Assembly (NCBI GenBank): GCA_965116875.1
Contig: OZ220733.1
Span: 672,001-736,000 of the forward strand
DNA length: 64,000 nt
Reading direction: 5' to 3'
DNA from: Candidatus Latescibacterota bacterium
GTDB lineage: Bacteria > Latescibacterota > UBA2968 > GCA-2709665
In this document: positions 1-7,950 of the stretch, in pieces
Layout: each line of letters begins with the position of its first letter
How positions within the stretch are numbered: position 1 is the first letter of the stretch
Notes under the pieces: model-generated
The model's input: the letters and a program-made list of their open reading frames with translations, nothing else
Told to the model about the DNA's origin: nothing
The model's database searches: none
Made by a program: the position numbers and the translations under genes

Positions 1-279
1 GGCCATCTGTGCGCCGGTTACGAGCCTGGCGTGAACCTGGGGCACCGGGCCTCCGTGGGATGCTGTCTGAATACCCCCGGCGGTCTTTGTGCGCCTGCAA
101 ACGCCGGCAGAAACCGGACCACCCGGGAACGCCTCAAACTTGCCTAATAATACAGGAATCTCCCGGTCGGCGCAACTCCAATTTTTGACAGCTGAAACCG
201 GCGGAAACAGACGATTTCATGGGTCAAAAACGAGAGTGACCGGGCGGCCGTCCGAGCGTGGTTTCCGGAGACAAAGATC

Positions 280-307
280 TTGACAGGGAACACCCGTTTT
301 CTATAGT
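280..307 (+). promoter_or_regulatory. sigma70-type promoter for tRNA-Ser
   Basis: TTGACA (280-285), 16-nt spacer, TATAGT (302-307), upstream of the tRNA at 354. Confidence 0.65.
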
Positions 308-353
308 TTTCCCACTGGACCGCCGCAGATATCAGGCCTGTATTCAAAGTGAC

Positions 354-442
354 GGTGGGGTGACGGAGTGGTCGAACGTGGCGGTCTTGAAAACCGTTGA
401 TCCTTACCGGATCCGTGGGTTCGAATCCCACCCCCACCGCCA
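354..442 (+). tRNA. tRNA-Ser(TGA)
   Basis: Acceptor GGTGGGG/CCCCACC, anticodon arm GCGGT-CTTGAAA-ACCGT, long variable arm, GGTTCGAATCC T-loop, encoded CCA. Confidence 0.96.
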
Positions 443-444
443 TA

Positions 445-468
445 ACCATGAAACACGTCATGGTTTTC
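445..468 (+). terminator. possible intrinsic terminator hairpin
   Basis: AACCATGA-aacacg-TCATGGTT followed by Ts directly after the tRNA. Confidence 0.4.
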
Positions 469-597
469 CTTCGGCCATGCTTCGGGAAAGACCTTCAATC
501 GTCTTTCGCGGTTCTGCGCGTCCGCCCCGAAGTCGCAGGTTTTCCTTGATTTCACAGACGTCTTTTGGTAGTATTAAATTCCTTTTGAATCGTTTCC

Positions 598-690
<93 letters not shown>

Positions 691-928
691 AAAAACAAGC
701 GGCACTGAGAAAGAAGAAGGAAGAGGGCCACGCCCCTCGTCCCGATGGTTCAGTGACGTTTCTTACGTCCTGTTTCGCGCGTCAGGCTGCCGACCGTGGA
801 AGGTTCATGGTGAGAGTTTCAGCGCCGACACGTCGGCGATTCGCGAAACGCTTACTACGAAACCGACATCGGCGTGGACATCGCTGTTCTCGTCTCACGT
901 CCTATCTCTCAAGTCTCACCGATTCTTA

Positions 929-2368
929 ATGTCCGATCCCGTTCTTCGATTCGCGCCGTCGCCCACGGGCGGATTTCACGTGGGCAACGCCCGCACTGCG
1001 CTGTTCAATTTTCTCTACGTCCGGCATTACGGCGGGCAGTTGCATCTGCGCATTGAAGATACGGATCGCAACCGGTCCACGGACGCCGCTCTCCAGACCA
1101 TACAGGACGGACTGGACTGGCTGGGGATTGAGTTTCACGGCCAGCCGGTGTTTCAGTCCGGGAACGCGCCTGCGCACCGAAAAGCGGTTGACCGGCTGCT
1201 GGAAACCGGACACGCGTATTACGCCTACGAAACCCCGGAGGAAGTGCGAGCCCTGCAGCAGCAGGCGCAGGCGGAGGGGCGGAGGGTTCGGTACAACAGG
1301 GACCTGACGCCGGAACAACGTGCGGTTTTCGAGGCCGAGGGGCGGCCGAAGACGGTCCGCTTCAGGGTTCCCGCAGGTGAGACGGTCTGGCAGGATCCCA
1401 TCCGGGGCGCGCAGCGATGGGACAACGTCGAGGTCGAGGATTTCATCGTCCTGCGCGCGGACGGATCTCCGATTTACCATCTGGCGGTGGTTGTAGACGA
1501 CCACGATCTGGGCGTGACGCTGGTGATCCGGGGCGCGGAACACCTTTCCAATACGCCCAAGCAGGTGATGCTCTTGCAAGCGCTGGGTTGGGTGGTCCCG
1601 GCATACGCGCATACGACGTTGCTGATGGGCACGGATGGGAGAAAGCTGAGCAAGCGCCTTGGCGCGACGACCGTCACTGAATACCGGCAGCAGGGCATCC
1701 TGCCTGAAGCGTTGTTCAATTTTCTGGCGCTTCAGGGCTGGTCTCCCGGGGACGACCGGGAGGTCTTCACACAAGAGGAATTGATCGAGGCGTTTTCCGT
1801 TGAAGGAATGCTCAGCAAGAACGCGGTATTCGACGAGCGGAAGCTGGTCTGGCTGAACGGCGAACACCTCAGGTTGAAACCGGTTTCCGAACTCTTGCAA
1901 ACGGCGCTGAGTCTTTGGATTGACGCGGGATGGATAGCGGCGGAAGACGCGGAGACCCGGCGGTCGATCCTGCTCAGGGCCGTAAAACTGATGCAGCCGC
2001 GCATCCGGACCGTGCGGGATTTCCTGAATTTCGAGTACTTCTTCAACGATCCGGAATCATACGAGGAAAAGGCCCGAAAAAAACACTGGAAGGTCGACAG
2101 CCCGTCCCGGCTGGAGTTGCTGATCGACAGGCTGGAAGCGTTGTCCGACTTCAGCGAACGGGAAATCGAAGGCGCCACGCGCACGCTGTCCGGACAGTTG
2201 GGTATCTCCACCGGAAAGCTGATCCATCCCACACGTCTCGTACTCAGCGGCACGAACACGGGGCCGGGACTGTTCGAAATGATGGATGTTCTGGGACAGG
2301 AAACGTGTATCCGGCGGATGAAGACGGGCCTGGAACGACTGGGACGAAGGGAGACCATTTCGCAATAG
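929..2368 (+). CDS. gltX: glutamate--tRNA ligase
   Basis: RFAPSPTG, HVGN (HIGH), LRIEDTD, VVDD, RGAEH, KLSKR motifs. Confidence 0.97.
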   Translation: MSDPVLRFAPSPTGGFHVGNARTALFNFLYVRHYGGQLHLRIEDTDRNRSTDAALQTIQDGLDWLGIEFHGQPVFQSGNAPAHRKAVDRLLETGHAYYAYETPEEVRALQQQAQAEGRRVRYNRDLTPEQRAVFEAEGRPKTVRFRVPAGETVWQDPIRGAQRWDNVEVEDFIVLRADGSPIYHLAVVVDDHDLGVTLVIRGAEHLSNTPKQVMLLQALGWVVPAYAHTTLLMGTDGRKLSKRLGATTVTEYRQQGILPEALFNFLALQGWSPGDDREVFTQEELIEAFSVEGMLSKNAVFDERKLVWLNGEHLRLKPVSELLQTALSLWIDAGWIAAEDAETRRSILLRAVKLMQPRIRTVRDFLNFEYFFNDPESYEEKARKKHWKVDSPSRLELLIDRLEALSDFSEREIEGATRTLSGQLGISTGKLIHPTRLVLSGTNTGPGLFEMMDVLGQETCIRRMKTGLERLGRRETISQ

Positions 2369-2395
2369 ACCAACAATAGGAATGACGAATATGGC

Positions 2396-2469
2396 TGCCC
2401 CCTCGTCTAATGGCAAGACATGCGGCTCTGGACCGTAGTATCGGGGTTCGAATCCCTGGGGGGCAGCCA
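2396..2469 (+). tRNA. tRNA-Gln(CTG)
   Basis: Acceptor TGCCCCC/GGGGGCA, anticodon arm TGCGG-CTCTGGA-CCGTA, GGTTCGAATCC, encoded CCA. Confidence 0.95.
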
Positions 2470-2525
2470 AATTTTGTCCATAAACGCAGTGGTCGTGGGC
2501 ATATCGTACCTATTTTTCTTGAAAT

Positions 2526-2912
2526 TTGCCAAAAAATAACAGGATTTCCAATCCCGTAACCGTTTTGTCGGGAAGTGCGATATCTGAACGCAACAAGAAT
2601 ACACCCACATACAAGCTTGCAGGATGTGCGTCTCTTGTCGAACGGTACCACCCTGACGTTATTCCGAACTTGCATTCCTCCGTCGTGACCACCAGAGCAA
2701 ATCGAACGATTGACTCCCGATACGGAATGGTCAAGGAATCCTTCCCACCCAGGTATTGGCCCAAGGATACGCCGGGCGACCGCCTGGAATTCGCTCTCAT
2801 GTATAGCGGGACAGATCTCGCTATTCTCGCTACGCTGTTTGAGAATGGGAATTACATACAATCGAAAACAAGAGAGCGTACGCAGGGCCCGTACTTCCGA
2901 AACTCAGTATAG
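2526..2912 (+). pseudogene. N-terminal fragment of a Fic-family protein
   Basis: AG..LVERY..DVIPN.H...YWPKDTPGDRLEFALMYSGTDLAILA resembles the N-terminus of long Fic proteins; no HPFxDGNGR motif follows. Confidence 0.5.
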
Positions 2913-3163
2913 CAAAGTCGAGCTGTTTCTCAGGGGGTGCACATTCGGTCCGGTATTGCACGAGCAGGACGTTTGTATTACATTTGAGGACGTCGACGCC
3001 TTCGTTTGACGATTAGAAATGCGATCACCTGCCTGCCCCGGCCGAAGAAGGACTTGACAAGAGGCCGATGTTACATTTAAAATTCCCTGGCCTCACTCGT
3101 CGAATTCAAAACATATGAACACACGTTCATCCTCCCCGACGCTGTGTTTGTAGGAATACCTAT

Positions 3164-3200
3164 ACCCGCAACGTCGGGATGTCCCCGCGTGCGGGTTTTT
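3164..3200 (+). terminator. intrinsic terminator-like hairpin
   Basis: ACCCGCA...TGCGGGT stem followed by a T run. Confidence 0.5.
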
Positions 3201-3229
3201 CAGTGTGCTCCATAGAGGGGGTGACTGAC

Positions 3230-3751
3230 ATGCCGGATTGGCTCAATACACCAGTAATCGTTATCGCCGTCCTCGCCGTCTGTACAGTATTGGTGAAAAT
3301 TGGCATGTGGGTAGGAGGCGTAAACAGTGATCGAAGGACATTCGATTCTTTTATAGACGAGGTTAAAACGGATATCAAGGAAATCAAAAACAACATCACT
3401 CGAATTATCATTCAACTCGCCCAGCGCCCCGCGTTTGTCGCAGGCAGCCCACTACAGCTCACAGATTTCGGAGAAGAAATTTCCTCGGATATAGAGGCCA
3501 AAAAGTGGGCCGAAAAACTCGCCCCGTACGTAAAGAAGGAAATCGAAGCTGAAGACAGCCCTGTTGACACGGACTACGATGTCCAGGAATACTGCGTATA
3601 CTACACCCAACACAATGAACTTGATGCTGATCTGGTTCGGGCGATCAAGAATTCTGCCTTTAATTGAGGCATGGATGCCGAGATCGTGCAGAGGGTTTTC
3701 GCCATTGTGTTGCGAGACAAACTTCTCGAAGTCATGTCATCCGAGAAATAG
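3230..3751 (+). pseudogene. membrane-anchored hypothetical protein with an in-frame TGA at 3665-3667
   Basis: RBS GAGGGG then ATG 3230, N-terminal TM helix, short coiled coil, SPLQLTDFG; the frame stays protein-like (GMDAEIVQRVFAIVLRDKLLE) to TAG 3751. Confidence 0.6.
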
Positions 3752-3790
3752 GCGTAACTGCACAACCGAAAATCGGAATCTCCTTTTCTC

Positions 3791-3961
3791 GTCAATATCC
3801 GCGGAAAAGACGGCAGGACGTACACCATGGTAGCGGAACGCCCCAACGAGCCCCCGCCGGACGTTCCATCGATCCAGGCGGATATTACGACTCGTGATGT
3901 CGTCAGCCTCATCAGAGGGCAGAGGCGCAGAATCCGAGGGCAGCGCCAGCGCAACAGATGA
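3791..3961 (+). pseudogene. 5'-truncated Phd/YefM-like antitoxin remnant
   Basis: Manual translation VNIRGKDGRTYTMVAERPNEPPPDVPSIQADITTRDVVSLIR resembles the C-terminal half of a prevent-host-death antitoxin subfamily; in-frame TAA at 3755 and no start. Confidence 0.5.
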
Positions 3962-4460
3962 ATTTGGAAAGACTCGGAACCGACGGGTTACTCCATACCT
4001 CCGGCGCGGTCCCGGATTCGCTGTAAAAAATGCCGCCGCTTTCGCACAACGCGAGAGCGGCGGCGTCTTATTTTCCGGACAGAGGGACGGGACGGTTATC
4101 GAGTCGTGCGGTCCGCCAACACGATGACCCCGCTTGCGATCATCTGCCGTATCCTGGGCCACCATGTATTGGCACGAACGGCCAAAACATAACCCGACCG
4201 TCGAAAGGCACAATTAACCGAAGCTGTCTGGTGGCCGTCAACAGATCGGTTGCGTAAGGACGAAACGTATCGCAAAACGCGCCAGCTATGGGTAAGCACG
4301 TGGCGGTTTCAGAGGGAACTCAATTCTAACATACACCGAAAGCAAAGTCGATTTGATGCTGGAGTTGCAAGGGATCAAGGTCACTGGCCAGAAGCGCAGA
4401 AAACTTCCATAAGTACGTCATGCGAAGTCAAACGAGATATAGTCATGGAGATAGGCCGAG

Positions 4461-6113
4461 TCATTTCGGTACAAAGCTGTAGCTGATTCCGACTCCAATG
4501 CCACTCTTGAAATGCTTCTGGGTCGGTACCGTGTCGAGTCCTTCGATCTTTTGAATACCCTGTGTTAAGTTCTCTTGCAACGTGGTAACTCGGCCGACAT
4601 GAACACCGACGGTTACCAGGAGACACCTTTTGATTCTTACACTGCCGCCAACGATATACTCAACATTTGATCCATGTTCGCCTCCGAGGTTTGCGAGTGC
4701 GCCACCTAAACTCAGGTGCATATCAAAGTGATCTGAACAATGCCAGGGTAGGAGCATATTGACCAGTACTCCCGGTATCGCCCGATACTTCGACCGATTG
4801 TTGAATCCGATCACCTCCGATGTCTTTATGTTGCCTTGCGCATCAAGCATTGGTCGGAAGTCGTACTCTTTGTCAATGATTCTGCTCATAAAGACTCCAA
4901 AACTGAAAGAGAGCGGGTGCTCACAAACGAACGTAACCAAGGGCAACTCCTCCACTTTGGCCTTTTTCGTCTGCGCCGTGTCAGCTTCATCAGGCGGGAA
5001 TAAGTCGAAAACCAACAAGGTCAGATTCTCTTTTCGAGGCCTGGGACCAATGTTAATCGACTCCGTGATCTTGGACTGCGTGCGTTCGTGAATTTGGAGG
5101 GCGGTGCGAAGATGCTCTGCGATTTCCGCGATCTGCTGCTCGGCTCGCAGCCACTTCGGTTTAACTGCTTCGATCCGTCTCACGATGCTGTCAAGGTTTG
5201 TTTTTTCGACACGCGCCAATGCTGCTTCGGTTTGTCTCAGTTTGCCGTCAAGTTCAGCTGCTTCAACCAATGCCAATGCTTTTTCGACCTTTTTCAGTTT
5301 ACCGTCAACTCTTGGTGCCACGGTCGCCTGCGCCAACTCTGCTTCGGTCCGACTCAGGGCACTGTCAAGTGTCGCTTTGCTGGCGAGGAAGATACGTTCT
5401 TTCAAAGAGGCCAACCGGTTCTTCAGAGCATCAGTTCCAGGCCAAATCGGTATGTTCTTCGTGTTCCTTGTTTCTTCTATGAGTCGTCTGCACCTGGCCA
5501 TTAGTGTGTCGCTTGCTAGTCTTCCGCTATCAGCGATAAAAGCGCGTAGTTTTCGAACTCGTTCCGCAGTGGCTCGCTGGGCACTGTCGGCCTGAGTTGC
5601 CGTCTGCAAGATCATGGTTACAAGACTTACGTCCCCACATTTTATGCGCGACGGAATTTGGGCTAAAACCACATCGGGCGTGAAAGGCAGAAGCTTGAGC
5701 AAATTAGGTGTGTTTGTCGGTGGTACATTCGTAGGTTCAGCTTGATTCTTGTTGGCAGCGTTAGAGGTCAGGGACGGCAGAAGCTTGAGCACATTTGGAG
5801 CGTCAATCTCCGTAACGTGACGGCCAATCCTGTATCGGTAGCGAACCCAATTTAGATCCTTCACCGTGATCGTTGCTTGGCCGCGAACTGGCACTTCGCC
5901 GAAGGAACCGTGGGACGTTAGGGCGGAGAAAGTTAAATTGGTTCCGGCAAGCAGAGGCGCGGGGGATCCCGCGAGCGACAGCATTGCAAAGCCAGCGAAG
6001 AGTAAGGACTTGAGCAAATTGCAATTTATCCACTTCGGTTTTGGGCATCGGAACAGCGGGATTGTAGCCGAAATGGAATGACTCACGCAGCGATGTTTTG
6101 GCTTCCATGTCAT
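4461..6113 (-). CDS. secreted hypothetical protein with coiled-coil stalk and C-terminal beta-strand domain
   Basis: 550-aa ORF, signal-like segment (LLFAGFAMLSLAGSPAPLLA), heptad-rich middle, amphipathic strands ending GIGVGISYSF; start uncertain. Confidence 0.75.
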   Translation of the reverse strand: MTWKPKHRCVSHSISATIPLFRCPKPKWINCNLLKSLLFAGFAMLSLAGSPAPLLAGTNLTFSALTSHGSFGEVPVRGQATITVKDLNWVRYRYRIGRHVTEIDAPNVLKLLPSLTSNAANKNQAEPTNVPPTNTPNLLKLLPFTPDVVLAQIPSRIKCGDVSLVTMILQTATQADSAQRATAERVRKLRAFIADSGRLASDTLMARCRRLIEETRNTKNIPIWPGTDALKNRLASLKERIFLASKATLDSALSRTEAELAQATVAPRVDGKLKKVEKALALVEAAELDGKLRQTEAALARVEKTNLDSIVRRIEAVKPKWLRAEQQIAEIAEHLRTALQIHERTQSKITESINIGPRPRKENLTLLVFDLFPPDEADTAQTKKAKVEELPLVTFVCEHPLSFSFGVFMSRIIDKEYDFRPMLDAQGNIKTSEVIGFNNRSKYRAIPGVLVNMLLPWHCSDHFDMHLSLGGALANLGGEHGSNVEYIVGGSVRIKRCLLVTVGVHVGRVTTLQENLTQGIQKIEGLDTVPTQKHFKSGIGVGISYSFVPK

Positions 6114-6531
6114 GCTATACCTCTTTCATCGTTTTGGCGGATAGTGACCCGCTGAGTTACAAAGACTTACGTTCATCTTTGACAGAAAGTCCACGACCCT
6201 GACCACACGAGTCCCTTCGAAGAGCGACATGCCAATGACCCGCCACCAATTCGGACGAGGATTGGCCATTTGTAAAAATGGGACTTCCCTACATAAACAC
6301 TCATTTAAGCATCGATATATTGAAAACTCTGTTCTGGCGAGATCACTCCTTGGAACTTCGACTAAGTCGATTTTGACTTTGGTGAGTGGACTCAACCGCA
6401 TGTCGGAACTTAACTTTCCGGTAGGGGCAAATTGAGTCTTGTCTATTGTTTTTCGCCAGCGTACGGGTTATCCAGCGCGCGAAGGTTTCGTCGTATGCTT
6501 TCGACTTAATAGGCTTATAACCGATGCGATC

Positions 6532-6957
6532 CTATTTCTGAAGCATACACTCACATCCCATCCACAACTTGACAAGGTCTCCGGTCTTATTTTGCAGTAA
6601 GCGTATGCGGGTGCGCAGGTGTTCTATGTCTGAACACTGGGATTTATTACTAATGTTGGTGATGGAGTCGATCTTTGTATGCAGTACTCCAATAGATCTG
6701 TGGACGCTGTCCTCGTGGGCCTGAACGGTATCAATGAGCGCGTTTAAGCTTGAATCCAAGTTGGTAATGATAATTCTCAAGGAGTCGACCGTTGCTTCAA
6801 CTGGGCTTACGGTTTTGTTCTCTACGTAGATGACACCGTATAAACCGCCCGAAAAAGCACAGATGAAGAGGATAATTTCCAAGAAGTATTTCATTATGAT
6901 TTTCCGAAATACGAACTCAAGAACGCTCATAATCAAGCCACCGATGCCATTCATCAA
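6532..6957 (-). CDS. hypothetical membrane-anchored coiled-coil protein
   Basis: AT-rich ORF with TM helix (FLEIILFICAFSGGLYGVIYV) followed by heptad pattern. Confidence 0.55.
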   Translation of the reverse strand: MMNGIGGLIMSVLEFVFRKIIMKYFLEIILFICAFSGGLYGVIYVENKTVSPVEATVDSLRIIITNLDSSLNALIDTVQAHEDSVHRSIGVLHTKIDSITNISNKSQCSDIEHLRTRIRLLQNKTGDLVKLWMGCECMLQK

Positions 6958-7243
6958 ATACCCCCGAATTAGGCCAAGTTCAGAGAGTTGCGATCCAATG
7001 TGGACGTACGCGGTACGACCTGAACCGACCGGTTGGGTTCAGGACAGCTTTGCCCTGAGCGCTTGAAAAGCAATTTTCGGTATTTTGCAGTGGGCGACCC
7101 GCGGGCCTCCGCAGCTATTACAGCCGCAGTGCAAGAGAGCAACGGCATGTTCGCCGGGACCCTCGCTTTCGCGGTGCTATTGCGCAATCAAGCCATGCCT
7201 ACGGGTACCTGCATACGGCGGCGAGCACGACAACTGTGCTCGT

Positions 7244-7950
7244 TACATGATGTTTTCCCGCGAATTGTGAGGTGTGTCAGCTTTTGCGGTATTGTCCTGC
7301 CTATCCTATTTATCCATGTTTCCCGAATTCAAACCGACATTTGCGCTTGTTGATTCTTGGTTTTGACGTTCGCCGTTTGTTTCATGGCGAGGGCTGACGG
7401 CTGCAAGCTAACGGCTTTTTACGGTTCAACCGTCCGGGCAACACGGAAACCGACGTCGCTGATGTAGTCCCGATAGTCAGCAGAATCCCTGCCGCGATAG
7501 CCGGCGCGGAAATACTGTGGGCTATAGTTCCACGATCCGCCGCGAATCACGCGATACGAACAGTCGCCGCGTTCCCACGCCGCCCCGTCCGCAGGCGCGC
7601 CAATCGGCCTTTATACATGATGTTTTTCCTCGAATGGCCAGGTTTGTCGGTTTTGGGGTCTTGTCCTGCCTCTCTGGTTCATTCATGTTTCCCGAGTTCG
7701 CACCAACGTGCGTGCTTCTTGATTCTTGGCTTCGCTGTTGGTTTTCTGCCTCAAGCTGTACGCTGACAGTTTCTTATGGCGTAAGCGTCCGGGCAACTCG
7801 AAAACCGATGGCGTAGTGCCGGTTCGTGGTAGCGTACTCGCTGCGAATCGCCGAGCGGAGGTGAATGGGAGGGGCGGACCACGAACCGCCGCGGATAACG
7901 CGACGCGAGCAATCGTCTCTCTCCCACGCCGAGCCGTCCGCAGGCGCTCC
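7244..7950 (-). repeat. diverged tandem direct repeat of about 350 bp (7244-7601 and 7614-7950)
   Basis: Both units begin TACATGATGTTTT on the + strand, share TTGTCCTGCCT, CATGTTTCCCGA and TGATTCTTGG, and continue through an FGE-domain 3' end. Confidence 0.85.
7419..7601 (-). pseudogene. orphan 60-aa C-terminal cassette of an FGE-sulfatase/CLec domain
   Basis: Manual translation GAPADGAAWERGDCSYRVIRGGSWNYSPQYFRAGYRGRDSADYRDYISDVGFRVARTVEP*; no in-frame start. Confidence 0.9.

Noticed and set aside
1-350. Structured RNA (for example SRP RNA) upstream of the tRNA-Ser pair
   Set aside because: No SRP GGAA-loop domain or other recognisable motif
6126-6401. 91-aa ORF as a gene
   Set aside because: No recognisable motif or clear RBS; possibly a remnant
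7419-7950. Classical DGR template repeat / variable repeat pair
   Set aside because: Mismatches are not confined to adenines, include synonymous changes and an indel, the cassette is not AAY-rich, and no reverse transcriptase is in the window
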